NCBI RefSeq assembly: GCF_018350175.1
Contig: NC_058368.1
Coordinates: 208,322,001-208,386,000 of the forward strand
DNA length: 64,000 bases
Origin: Felis catus
Taxonomy: Eukaryota
Direction of reading: 5' to 3'
The notes beneath the pieces are model-generated. The model had not been told where the DNA came from, made no database searches, and saw only the letters and a list, made by a program, of their open reading frames with translations. This document shows positions 26,746-39,565 of this stretch, in pieces. Both the position numbers and the translations under genes were made by a program. The stretch's first letter is position 1. Every line of letters starts with the position of its first letter.

Positions 26746-27746
26746 CAGCTCTGTCCTCAGGCACTAAAGGGACTCCGTGCAGAGTGCTTCTCTGAAGAAA
26801 CAAGTATCTATTTTTCACTACCAAGGAATAGGCAAGGAAGTCAAGCCACAGAGCAGAGCTAATCAAATCTTGGCAGAATCATCTGTCCCAGCGTCAGAAA
26901 GCCTCAGGAACGAGGTGCTGAACTAGTCCCTTTATGAATCAGGAAGCAGCAGGCTTTAGACAAATCCCGCCTTTAATGTAGAGAATACTAACTATGCAGA
27001 CGTCTCCATCAGCCAGGTGCTCAGTTCACACTCCAGCTGTTACTGGAGTCAGAGAAAGGACCTTAGATTAGGAATTCTTTTTGCTTGGTGTGTGTGGGGG
27101 TGGGGGGAGCGCGTGCACATTGTTTTTGTTTGGTTTAGTTTTACTTATTTTTGCTTAAAACTACATAGCAGCATTGAGAATCCATGGTTTTATATCTGTA
27201 AGCTTTCGGAAGAATTTCTTGTCACTCTTGTACCCTCTGATAAAGCTGAATAACAAGAACTGGAGAGGCAGATGAGAGAAAAAAACTGAAACTGAACCAA
27301 GAAACCGGCCCCACAGCAAATCAGGATGTGAAGGAAACAATGACTTATCGATGTTTTCCCCCCCTCCCTCAAGAAAAATCACCATCAGATATTTATTTCA
27401 GATGTAATGTTGCAAAGCCAGGGAGGCGGGTTTCAAGAGTGAAAATGCAGGCAGGCTCGTTGGCAAATGATGCCTTGGGAGTTTTCAGAGCTTAAGATAG
27501 TCCTGACTGTGAAGGGGAAATGAGGCGGAGGTACAGTGAGTGCAGATGGGTTTACCAGATGACCCGGCTCCAAAGAGGAGTGGGGACAGGTGCTGGCCCA
27601 AGGGCCGGGTAAAAATGCAGGTCTTCAAGCCTTTGTCATCTCTTAAAGACACAGACAGCAGAGACGGCTCTCCATGTAGCATCCTATCACGCTTGGAATA
27701 CCCAAGGTCAATACATATGGCTTTTAAATGTGACACACAAACTTAC

Positions 27747-27882
27747 CTGATGAATTCCACAGAATAGTACTGAATTGGGGAGCTTCCTTCGCTCTTTCCA
27801 GGTTTCCAAGAGAGGGCTACCTCAGAATCAGAGACCACAGTGACATGTGGCTGCTGGGGTGCTGATGGAGGCAGGCAGGAAT
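27747..27882 (-). CDS. EGFLAM: EGFLAM coding exon (exon 5), start of FN3 domain 2
   Basis: cctag|AT TCC TGC...TTC ATC AG|gtaagt, 136 nt, phase 1-2. Translates to (D)[44 protein letters not shown](R). Confidence 0.96.
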
Positions 27883-28279
27883 CTAGGTGGGACAGCAAAC
27901 ACCTAGAGTTGGCGGTGGTCTTTGCTGCTGGGGATGTTTAATATATAAAAAGCTTGTGCTTCCCATTGCCTAAAGATCTCTGTTCAGAACAGCCTCAAAA
28001 TCCAAACCAAACACAAAAAATAATCACAACTGGATTCACCATGTAAGGTTTGAGATACTAAAAGTTGGTCTTCCCTTCTTCCCCCAGCCTCCTGGCTGAA
28101 AATCCAACTAAATTACGTCCGGACCCCTGGCCCCGGGACACACAATGGTGTGTACTCTTTAAAACCCTCAACCACACTCCCACCTCCTGGTAACCTTTCA
28201 TCTCTGTTTGCAGGTTGGAATTGATACCTGCAAGGAAAATTGAATGCAGAGCATTGCTGTCACTTACATTCAGTTCTTC

Positions 28280-28408
28280 TGTGTGCGTGTGTGTGTGTGT
28301 GTGTGTGTTTTGCCTTGACCATCAGAATGCATCCTAAAGGTATGTGTGTGTGTGTGTGTGTGTTGTGTGTGTGTTTTGCCTTGACCATCAGAATGCATCC
28401 TAAAGGTA
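28280..28408. repeat. Tandem duplication of (TG)n plus a unique ~35-bp segment
   Basis: ttttgccttgaccatcagaatgcatcctaaaggta occurs twice identically, each copy preceded by a TG run. Confidence 0.92.
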
Positions 28409-28509
28409 GGACATTTGGGAAATACCCTCATGGGTAAAGATGTAAGAGTCACCCATGATCCTATCACCCCAAGGTAACTGCTATTACTCTTCATATCTAG
28501 ACTTTCACA

Positions 28510-29131
28510 TCTCCCGGCCTTTGTTTACACTATTGCTTATGCCAGAAACATTTTTTCCTGTCTTCTCTTGCTAGCAGGATCTTATGTAGTTTTCAAAGTT
28601 CGGGCCCAAAATCTGGATCTTTCTAAAACCCTCCCTGATCCCTGGAGTAGGGGAGGTGCTCCCTCCTGAGTGCTCCAGAGCCCTTTGCGCAGACCTCAGA
28701 TGCCCTGGATCTACTCACCTATCATTTGCCTCTCCCTCCACAATGAGCTTGTGAGCAATGATGATTGAGTAACCTTTGTCCCCCATTGTCCAGCACAGTG
28801 AGCCTTTGTTGGGTTCCCTTTGCCTGTAAATCTCTTCTCCCACTGTCCTTCCTCCCCTTTCTGATTCCCACTTACTGGTCAGACCTTCACTTAGCAGTCA
28901 CCTCCCCAGAGAATTCTTACCTCACCCCTACATGGGGTCTCCATTTGTACGTTCTTACAGCATTTACCACAATCTGTGACTACACGTTAACTAGGTAATG
29001 TCTTCACCCACCTCATTGAGTTCTGAGAGGGCAAAGGCTGTGCCTAGTTTTGTTCACCGCCAGAGCCCAGCATGGTGCCTGGCACACAGTAGGTCCTCAC
29101 TGATACATACTGAAGGAAGGAATGAATGAAT
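28510..29131 (+). mobile_element. L2 3' fragments
   Basis: cccagcatggtgcctggcacacagtaggtcctca...gaatgaatgaat, the L2 terminus, ending just short of exon 4. Confidence 0.65.
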
Positions 29132-29176
29132 AGCACCCATCGCTTTCCTAATCTTAATGAATTGAACCCATTTTAC

Positions 29177-29294
29177 CTTGGGGCAAAGTAGTAACGTGCC
29201 GAGGAGAGCTAAGCCGTCCTTTGCCAGTCTGGCTGTAAGCTGCTACGCTCACTCGATATTCAGTGCCTGGTTTCAAGTCTCCGATCACTTCCTC
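29177..29294 (-). CDS. EGFLAM: EGFLAM coding exon (exon 4), end of FN3 domain 1
   Basis: tgacag|GAG GAA GTG...CCC CAA G|gtaaaa, 118 nt, phase 0-1. Translates to [39 protein letters not shown], with the FN3 L-x-P-x-T-x-Y motif. Confidence 0.96.
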
Positions 29295-29729
29295 CTGTCA
29301 ATGACCAAACGGGAAATGTGTCAATGACCAGAAGTCCTAGTAGAGCAAACCAGACAATTTCCATGAGGGCTGCATCTCAAGGCCCCTGTGAAACTACAGG
29401 GGACAGAGACCCTTTTGCCATCTCTAGGGTTGGCCAAGTTTTAAAATTTGCAGAAAGGAAAACACCATCACATATTTCCCACAACTAGAGAATTACCCTT
29501 TACTGGAATCTGTACACTGTTCTAGAACTAAGACTCATTCTCCCTATCAGATATGATTTTTAACATTTGAGTTCTTTGATCAGAGTACTGGGCTGCTAAA
29601 ATTGAGGTAACAATCTTTTTGAGGGTCGGAACCCACCAGTTCTTTCTCTCCACTTGCACGACACAGATGTTCAGAGACTAGCCACAACCGCAAACTGACG
29701 TTTTGATTTGTACTAAAGTGGGGACTCCA

Positions 29730-29902
29730 AGTTTGGTTCTCAAATTTTAAAGGGCATCAGAATCTCTAAGAAGGCTAAATCGTTGGGTCTGGCCCCCATC
29801 CACCCCCCAGGGTTTCTGACTCGTACCTCTGGGAAGGGGCCTGAAAATGTGCCTTTCTAAGAAGTCTCCAAATGCTGCTGCTGGTCCAGGGACCCCACAT
29901 TG
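29730..29902. mobile_element. MER5A-like hAT-Charlie
   Basis: tggttctcaaattt...gcatcagaatc...cagggtttctgactc...ctggtccagggaccccaca. Confidence 0.7.
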
Positions 29903-30064
29903 ATGAAGGGCGTATGTGAACTTCACCTACACAAATGGCCCTGACCAGAAAGCTCCAGCTGAAGAACACTTACTCCACTTTAGGCTTTGGCAAAAGCAGT
30001 ATGTCCCTGGGACTACAGTGCTGCGCAGTAAGTGGGAGTCTGGGTCTCACTGGTCCCAGCACAC

Positions 30065-30290
30065 TGTAGCGGAAAGGACACCAGCTTTGGAATCAACGAG
30101 TCCTGGGCTTGAATCCTGATCCTGCCACTTATTCCTAGCCGTGGCCTTGATGGCACATCCCCTGAGCCTCAGCTTCTTCCTCTATAAAATGGAGATGATA
30201 TATATAACAATCCTGCAGAACTATACTACTTGGGATAATGTGTGTAAAGTGACTGGTACCGAAGCCGTCCTCAAGAAGTGGTGGTAATGG
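30065..30290. mobile_element. MIR
   Basis: ctgggcttgaatcctgatcctgccactt...ctgagcctcagcttcttcctctataaaatggagatgata. Confidence 0.75.
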
Positions 30291-30829
30291 CTGCTGACTT
30301 GAGTGTGTGGGGCCCTTGCTCTTCTCTGCGTAGCTAGGCTCCAACCCTTCTCTGAGACCCAAATCTTCCCCACTACTCCTGACCACCCGACCTGATCTTA
30401 CCCTACCAACTGTTCTGCCACTAATCTAGCACTTTCCTCTACTACAAACCATGTGCTACTATTTCTCCTATGGGATTGTCAGCGACTTGAGAGCAGGGAT
30501 CCTGCCTTGTGTTTCCTCGTAACCTCTTCTGCAGATGACCAAACCTTCTTCACTGTTGCTAAGGAGAATTCACCCACGGATCAAAACAACTTTTAAAGCA
30601 TTCAACAAATAGTTACCGAAGACATACTACAGTAGTTCTTAACTTTGAGCGCACGTTAGAATCGCTAAAAATGACCAGTGCCTGGACTCCACTCCAGACT
30701 ACCTACATCAGAGTCCATGGAAGGCTGGGCTCTGGTGGTCAGTTTAAAGCCCTCAGCTGAGGCTAATGGGCAACCTGGTGTAGGAACCCCTGGTCCAGGG
30801 CTTGGCTCCTCCCCTGTGCTCTGAATTAT

Positions 30830-32595
30830 ATCCGTTGTCCACCTTCTGTAACTCCATCCCCTCTCTTACCTCCCTGGTCCTTCTCTATTTACTGTGTTCA
30901 TCTCTCCCACCTTAAAAATGGTCAGCACGCATATACCCACCTCCTCTCTACAGGGGCAGGGGTTACCTCCACTTTCTCTCCTCCGATTCACTCCTCACCA
31001 GGCCTCTCTACACTATAAACCTATTGAGATGCTCTTACCAAAGTTACTACGTAACTCTGTAGTAAATCCAATGGAAATGACTCTCCATACATGACTTTTT
31101 ACACCTTTCAATACTGTTGCTTATCCTTGCTTCTTAAATTTCTTGGTTCCCTTGGAAGCCTTCTTGGCTCCTTCTTGGTCTCCTTCTACTTCTCTCATTG
31201 CTCCTTCTCAATATTCTCCACCCACTCCCCACTCTCTGCTTGCCCCGTACGTGTTGGTCCTTCTCAGGGACTCACCCCTCACCATCTTGCCCTCTCACTC
31301 TGTAGTCTTGCTTGGGGCAGCTCATCTACTACGTCCTTAGCTTCTAGCACCACCTTCACTTGACATCTTCCAAATCTGCCTCTCAGTTCTGACCTGCCTC
31401 TTGATGTCCAGACATGGGTTTGTGACTGTCTCTAGGACATCTCTACCCCACAACTACCAAGCCACTCAAGTTCGACATAACCAAAGCTCAACTAATTGTT
31501 CCTCCTCCTGCTACTGAAAACCAAATAAGAAACTGCCTCCCCTCTTGTGCTCTCTCTCCTCATTACCCAAACCACAAGTTCTTGACACTTGCCCCTTTGT
31601 GTTCACCCCTCTCTAACCACCATTCAGTCAGTTACCAATACAGGCACCAGGACTCTTTCACGTCACTGGAATCTATTTCGATCTATCCTCATGGCCACTT
31701 AAGCGCAAGTCCTCATAATTTTGACAGTGGGTTCAATTCTCCCTGCCACCCACGCTGCCTCCATCACCAGCGTGGACTCCACCTGCTACAGTTATCTTCC
31801 TAAATGTCAAATCTGAGCCTGTCACTTCCCATTTAAAAATCCCCTTAGGGGGCGCCTGGGTGGCGCAGTCGGTTAAGCGTCCGACTTCAGCCAGGTCACG
31901 ATCTCGCGGTCCGTGAGTTCGAGCCCCACGTCGGGCTCTGGGCTGATGGCTCAGAGCCTGGAGCCTGTTTCCGATTCTGTGTCTCCCTCTCTCTCTGCCC
32001 CACCCCCGTTCATCCTCTGTCTCTGTCCCAAAAATAAATAAACGTTGAAAAAAAAAATTTTTAAAAAAATCCCCTTAGAATAGCCTAGTGTGTCCCCCTG
32101 TTCATCCTTCCAGCATCATCTCATGCCTCTTCCCTTCCTTGCATTCTGTATTCCAGGCATACTTCAGAACTTGGCAGGGCGCAAATTTATGCCATTCAAT
32201 TCCTTGCCTCTGGGCCTTTGAACCTGCTGCTCCCTCCACATGAAATGCCCTTCTCTCCACTCTTGCCTGGCTCACCCCTGCTCATCCTTCATGACTCAGT
32301 TCAGCTGAGACATTACCTCATTTCTCTGACCCCCAGCCTCCAGTCTGGTGAGGCCCCCCTCCTCTGTGCTTCCCTGGCGTCCTTGGTGTACCTCAATCTT
32401 AGCACCACTCACCTTAGGTTGTAATTGTCTGTTTATTTGTCACCTCCTCCCCACCCACTTGAGGGAAGGAGCAAGTCCTTAGTCCTCTGGCAACCTAAAG
32501 CTTAGAATAGTTTTACCAGACAGGTAGCAAATACTCAAGCAATGCTTTTTTATGAATGAATAAATGAATGAAGGAAAAGTGAATGAATGAAAGAA
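30830..32595 (+). mobile_element. Long degenerate L2 region, interrupted by a SINE
   Basis: Pyrimidine-rich L2 ORF2/3' pattern ending in a (gaat)n tail at about 32552-32590. Confidence 0.6.
31849..32064 (+). mobile_element. Young SINEC_Fc
   Basis: CpGs intact. Perfect TSD aaaaatccccttag at 31835-31848 and 32065-32078. Confidence 0.96.
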
Positions 32596-33502
32596 ATCAA
32601 ATCAAGGCATCCAATACAAGCAGATTACCTCACCAAGAACCAGCTTCTACTACTGAATCCTCCGGCCCAGTACCTCTGTCCCAGTCCCTGGAGTTAGCAA
32701 CTCCAGCAACAAGGCTGACTTCCTCTTACCTACTTCCTTCCAGCCACCTCCACATGCCTTTCAGATCTGCTCCCTTCTTCCACTTTCTCTGAATCCTTAC
32801 CTGGGCCATTTCTCCAGCTTCCCTGAAGGTTTCTGTCTCCAATCTTCCTCTCCCTTCCACTCTGACCCCCGCCATCCTACATGCAGCTACACAAGGGGTC
32901 GTGGCTGAACGTACAGACCTCACTCCAAAGCCCCCTTTCTGCCCTAATTCTCTGCATCTGTGCACCCTGGTTCCACTATCTGTCCCCTGGGGTCCATGGC
33001 TAGTCAGAAATTAAGGGACTGGTGGTACCAAGTGGATATAAGGCTTCTCATTCTCTCATAGGCCATGACTAGGCTGTTCCTATGACAGTAAAAAATACAC
33101 TTTCAAGCCAATACCCTCACAGCCTTTTGCTTTAGGATCCTTTTCTCCCATGAAGTCTATATGCTATATGACGTATGAGAGGAGTGGTGTGGTTATAGAT
33201 TATTAAAGACATTAGCTATGAGCCAATACCAAATACAACTACAATTAGCATGTATTATTGTGTGTTTTCTCTGTTCCAGGAACACATAGCCTGATTTAAA
33301 TCTTCCTTCAGTCATATGTGGGAGATAGCACTCTTATTTTCATTTATAAGGGAGAAAACAGAATCTCTGAAAAGTTAATGATTTGCTCAAGGACATGAAT
33401 TTATTAAGTGACAAAGTGGGGATTTGAATTCCTCTTTGTTTGACTCCAAAGCCAAGTTCTAACTCGGTAATACATGTACAAAAAATATTAAATATATTTA
33501 AA

Positions 33503-33698
33503 TTTTTTTAATGTTTATTTATTTTTGAGAGAAAGAGGGAGAGAGAGAGAGAGAGAGAGGAAGATACAGAATCCAAAGCAGGCTCCAGGCTCCAAGCTGT
33601 CAGCACAGAGCCCGATGCGGGACTCAAACTCACCAACTGTGAGATCATGACCTGAGCCGAAGTCAGATGCCCAACCGACTGAGCCACACAGTTGCCCC
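33503..33698 (-). mobile_element. Can-SINE
   Basis: Reverse copy with TSD-like ttaaatatat. Confidence 0.92.
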
Positions 33699-34817
33699 TT
33701 AAATATATGTAAATCAATAAAAAATACTTAGCATAAACACTGAAGACTAGATTACTGCACAGAAGTTTATGTACCAAAAATTTTTAAGTTATCATTGAAA
33801 ACCAAAAGACATTAGACTTGTGGAAGTTGCTTATGTAGCTTGAAAAACAAACTTTTATATATGGAAGAGTAGTCCTACCTTCAGCCCGGGTATATTGACA
33901 GATAGATAGATAGAAGGTGGCCCTCCCAGAAGCCAACTTTTTCCAGTCTTTTCCTGTGTCTTTCCTGTTTTGACTAGCTGGTTAGTTGGCAGGAGGGAGT
34001 GAGGGTCAAGGGCACTGAGTAGCTGGGGCCATGGAAAGAGGAGTTGGACTCAGTGATTTAACCATCACTTCTTCCTCTGACATAAATCGCCCCAAATGAA
34101 ACCTCTCACTATATCGTGACTAGTGATAACCCTTGGATTCTTTATGAAAATACCACAGAAATCCACAAATCTTTCTACTTCCATCCTTAAATGTCTTATA
34201 ATGATTTGCATCAAATTAGATAAGATGCTGTATATGCACTTTCTGAAGTAGAAAAACAAAGTGTTTTGTTTTTTGCCTTGTGGAAGTTTAAGAATAAGTC
34301 AAAATGCTTATCTCCCTTGGCTTTTATTTCTATACAAGACAGTGAAAGACAGTGAGGGAAATTGCCTTCTTGGAGTAGAGTCCAGAGTGAATTCAGCAGT
34401 CCTCACTGCCCCCTTCCCACACCCTTTTTGGGGGGTGAGGAGGCAAGGCTGGATGCTTTGTTGCAAAATAACCCTGCTTTGTGTTTGTCTAGCCCTTTCT
34501 GAAATGCAAAACCCCTTCCAAAAGCTGCCTCCCTTGTTTTCTCAGCACCCCTAATGGTTGTCATGAGATCAGAGAATTCACATCTCTGATAGAAAAAAAC
34601 AAGGCTAGTTAGTTCACTGAGCCCAAGAAGAAAGCTCAATGACATATAGAACAACAATGGGTCTGGTTTCCCTCATACATACCATAATTTAATATGCTTC
34701 TAACTGCCCAACTCTCAAACATAGCATATCAAATTTTCAGGCTATTATTCTGTTTTTCAGATGTCCAGCTGCCTTACCCACATCTGCTTTACCAGTGCCA
34801 TTCCTCTATTCACAGTC

Positions 34818-35283
34818 TGTGACAGGGATGACTGTTTCCTCATATCCATTTTCTCCTTTCTTATAATAGAACCCCTGTATATCAGTTGGCCCATCACCAC
34901 TCAAGGATTACATTTCCCAGCGTCTTTTGCATCTAGCTGTGGCCATGTGGCTAAAGTCTGTCCAACAGAATTTGAGTTAAAATAATGAGGGCAATTTCTG
35001 AGTTATCCCTTAATAGGAAGGGCTGTGTACCCTTTCCTCGTTTCCTCATCTAGTGGCTAGAATGTGGATGTTATCAGTGAGCCAATTTGGACCATGGGAA
35101 GGAGGGCCAAAGGGGTTGGCAGAACAATGAGATGGAAGGATTCTGGGTCTCTGATGGAGAGAAGCCACCAAAACTGGTTATATCCAGACAGGTTATATCC
35201 TGAAGGAAACATGAATGCACATCTGGTTAGAATCACTATTATCTTGGGATTTTGAACTGTTAGATTTTTATCCTAATTAATAC
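34818..35283 (+). mobile_element. MaLR LTR (MLT1-like)
   Basis: Begins tgtgacag, contains ttacatttcccagcgtcttttgcatctagctgtggccatgtggctaa, and ends cctaattaata. Confidence 0.65.
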
Positions 35284-37517
35284 CTGACCCAATGTACAAA
35301 AATAATCTGGACAGCTATGTACAAGGAGCCCCTGAAAAGATGGGACTATTCTTAACTGAATACTTCTTGCTTTGCGATGATAAAACCATGCTGAATGGCT
35401 CTGAACTTAAATCTCTAACCCTGATTTCAGATTCTATCTTTACCCCCTTCCATGCCATACTTTTCTCCTATGGCTGGAAACCCAGGTCATTTGTTTCCAG
35501 GAATGAAGCTCTATGTTTTCTCATTTACTGGTCCAGACAGGTAGCTACTATTCCATAAGGGAATCCAGTGAGCATTGCTGGAAGAAAGCACAAAGTGGGA
35601 GAGCACTGGACCGGGAGCCAGGAGACCCTGGTTCTGTTACCAAATAGCTTTGCAATCTTGGAGATGCCACTTAACCTCTCTGGGCCAAAGTTTCAACACT
35701 AAAATACTACGACTGCTCTAAAATGACCTTGTTGGTAGGTAGTAGTAACCTTGGGTGCAGTTTCACAGTTGACTTTACAAGTCAAGGCTCGGCCTTGGTT
35801 GCCTTGGTAGAAGTTGAGAATATCTAGCATCATGACATGGGAGCACCAGAGAAATAGAAAAATGCTATCTTCCAAACATTCTTTTTCCAATGGCCCTGAT
35901 GAAAGCTATGCAGGCCAGAGTGGAGGGAAAAATTGGGGGATTCTATTCCCTTAGAGGTCACAGAAAGCTAGAAAGTATCTTCCAGGGTTTCACAGAAAGG
36001 GCAGCATTGACTTTGGGACTGAACACATCTTCCTTGTATGGGTCTGTCCTGTGAACCGCAGGAAAGCAGCATCCCTGAAGCTTGTCCACTAAAATGCCCA
36101 CACTCAGGCCCATTTGCCCCACAAGAACTAAGAAACTCCCAGTTGGGAACCATTACTAGGCCACCCCTTCATTTTACAGTCAAAGAGAGATTAGATCCAG
36201 AGGGGTTCAGTAACCTTGCCTAAGATTATCCTTGCTCTGGTGAAGGAAGGAGCTGGGACTCCATGCAAGTCTCATGATTCTTGCCTACGTCTTCTCTCTG
36301 CATCCTGGGATAAGACCCAAGTGCAATCACTACTGTGGGTCAACCAGACCAGTGGACTCCAAAGCAGGGTGATAGTGTATCTCCCTGGGTGAATAAGACA
36401 ATGTCCTGGGATGACAGAAGAAAAGCACTTTCTATTTTTGTTTTATTTCCCCCTTTAAATCCTGTGGAACTTTACAATGTACACAATTTATTAGTAGAGT
36501 AGCATGTGTATAATTTATAACCATACACACACACACACACACACACACTCAAATATTTTTCAACCAATTGTACGCATGATCCGAAAGTGTGGAGCCCACC
36601 AGTTTAAGCATTCATTTCCACTTCTAACCCTAAAAAGGACCAGATTGCCCTGGTTTATTTTACTACTTATTTTTCCAGGTTGGAACCTGCAAGTTGTTCT
36701 TCTAAGTGTCAAATGCTAACCAAATCAGAATACTCCATGTAGGCAGATTATCAGAGGATACGATCAGTAGTCAACCTGATCTTCTGTTTGGCATTAAATC
36801 CAGCAAGCCAAGCAGTTTTAGGTGACCTGGTCCTGACGTACTGGGAAGGTCTGGAATCACTAGAGGCAGTGAGGAAAGGAGAAGGGAAAAGATGGGTGAG
36901 GGGAAGCCCCTCCACAGCGATGCTCACTAGTTTAAACACCTTCTCTCCTTTTCAGTCTTGCTCACCTAGTCTTGGAACAGAGCTTAAATTACTTCAACCT
37001 TGAAAAATGTTCCTCTTAACCTTACTCTGCCACGTGAGATGAAGCAACACATAAGAGAATAAAAGCGACTTCTTTCTAAATGATCGAACATTCATCTAGT
37101 ATGCTCTGTGGTCCCTGCTTACACTGGAGCCAAGCACTCTCCCTTGGGCCTTAATCAGTATGACCGAGATGCAGGAAAATCAACATTTTGATGAAAAGAG
37201 ACCCCCTGAATCCTGGGTTGGGGCAAGGGTATAACCTTTCCAAAGCATACTTACAAAAATCACCTGACGATCGGATTGTCCCTGCAGAGGAAAAAAAAGA
37301 AACAAAACAACATGAAAGGAAAGTAAAACTTATAGGTCTAAAATGAAGCCCCTTCTACAGACAGCCAAGGGCAGCAAACACACATCTTTCCCATCTGAAC
37401 TCCCTTGACCGCTCACTCGGTTCTTGTTCCATGAGCGCTGTGGTACTGAGGGCTGTCCGCCCATGACCTTATTTGGCAATCACCGCATCCTTGTGCTACA
37501 GGCTGGTATGATACGGT

Positions 37518-37761
37518 ACAGAGGCTCCCAAGCTTTCTATGTTCACAGCACCTTTGCTGTCTCAGTAATATTTTTACAGCACCTCTCAGGCCAAAGAAAT
37601 GCCTAAGTGTTCCATTTGTTCGGTAGTTACACCCAAACAGCTTGGCATTAGTAGTTCACACAGATGTTGCTCTTTCCCTTGAAAAGTTGAGACATTCCAC
37701 AGTATCCCTGAGAGGTTGGTGCAGAGCCCTGGACACCCTGGCACACAGTTTGGGAACCACA
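37518..37761. mobile_element. Internally deleted hAT-Charlie element (MER119-like)
   Basis: TIR-like ends cagaggctcccaagcttt / cagtttgggaaccacag, with internal tgtctcagtaatattttt. Confidence 0.6.
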
Positions 37762-38491
37762 GATACACTCCCTATAACACAGTTATTATGTGGATCCCCG
37801 TTTTGTCCATGAGGGAACTGAGATCCAGTAAGGTTAGCTTGTTGTAATACAGCATCTGAATGCAAGTCTCTGAACCCAGAATCACTCTGCTATACCAGAC
37901 CCCTCCCCTCTTCCTGACTCACTGCCTGTACGTCTAGGCATTATTTCTCTTCCCATTCTGTATATTGGGCGCCTCCCCCCACCTCCCTACCGAAACACAC
38001 AAGCACACGGGCATGTACACACACACAAACTTGTCCTCTTGGTTCAAACCATTCCCTTTGACTTCAGTGCACCTCCCTCTCGTCTGCCTTCCAGAAACTG
38101 TCCCTGCTTCAATTCTCAGCACCTACTTTGACCACTTGTTTTTATACTAAATCTTCCCTCTTCAAAACTTCAGTCTATTAAGCATGTTGTTCACATCCCG
38201 TCTTATGTTGCTCTCCAACTGGGTATCAGTAAGAATGTGATTTTCCCAGAGGACCGAAAGCTGCCGAGAAAAGGGGGTCTGTGTTGTCCTATGCTGTGTA
38301 TACGGTAGCAGCTATGAAAGTTTGTTGAAATCAGCAAGGTATAATTTGATAGCACACTCTGATGCCTGGATGTAATTAACAAACAGATCATATTTAGCAT
38401 AAAGGCAATGATCATCACGAATGATCATTAACACGTACCTGGCTTTACATTTTAACACCAAAGGCTTTTTTTTTTTTTTTAACACCAAAGG

Positions 38492-38695
38492 TTTTTATTT
38501 TTGAGAGAGAGAGAGAGAGAGAGACAGAGTGCAGGTGGGGGAGGGGCAGAGAGAGAGGGAGACACAGAATCTGAAGCAGGCTGCAGGCTCTGAGCTGTCG
38601 GCAAAGAACTGATGCAGGGCTTGAACTCACAGACGGTGAGATCGTGACCTGAGCCGAAGTCAAGACACTTAGCCGACTGAGCCACCCAGGCGTCC
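38492..38695 (-). mobile_element. Can-SINE
   Basis: Reverse copy flanked by caccaaagg repeats. Confidence 0.92.
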
Positions 38696-39359
38696 GCCCA
38701 CCAAAGGTGTTTACACACACCATTGTATTTGGAACTCACAACAATTATAGCCCTTTTGTGGGAGAAAGGAAAGGGTTAGTCAGATGAGGTGACTCCGGCC
38801 GAAGTTACTCAACCTGTAAGTGCCAGAAGGATGTCTGGAAGCCCAGGGTGCCTATTTCCCTCCTGGCCCTCTGCTTCATGTATGCACTGCAGTGACCTCC
38901 CCAGAGATGCCAGTGTCCAGCCCAGCTCCATGTGATGGGTCAGGGACTGGATTCCAGAGGCACCATCCAGACTCCCAGACACCTGTCACCAGCGCTGTAC
39001 CCTTGCTGCCTGGACTGTGGTGTAGGCAGAGCAGTGAGCCACACTCCCCTGCAAGATAGAAGGCTGGTGGCTGGGGACATTGCTGGCTCTTTGGTGGGGT
39101 CCAGATGCTTGTTGAAAGTTCCAGTGCGGCCGAGGTGAGACAGAACCTCTACTGGTGGCTTCTGACGCGGGCTAAGCCAATCTCCCCTTTTAAGATAAAA
39201 CCATAGCAGTTGGGATGGAGGGCTTCTGGGGCAAATGAGGAAAGCTGAAGCAAAAGTCTGAGACTAAAAGCCTACCGTGCAAAGGACAAGCAAGCTGCAA
39301 ATGTGCATCTCTTCTTTTTGAAGAGCTTTGGTAAAAAAAAAAAACAGCCAACAGCCAGA

Positions 39360-39565
39360 GCAGGACTCTGAAGTCAGCCTGCCCTGGGTTTACGGTTGAC
39401 TCTGTTACTCGCTAATGTATGATTTCGGGGAAATTATTTCACCTGTCTGAGTCTCAGTGTCCTTGTCAATAAAATGAGGTCGTAGATAGTTGTGAATATG
39501 AAATGGAAAAATGAATATAAAGCATGAGGAATAGTGCCTGGCAGGTAACAGAGGCCCAATGAGTG
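39360..39565. mobile_element. MIR
   Basis: ggactctgaagtcagcctgccctgggtt...tctgagtctcagtgtcctt...aatagtgcctggca. Confidence 0.7.
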
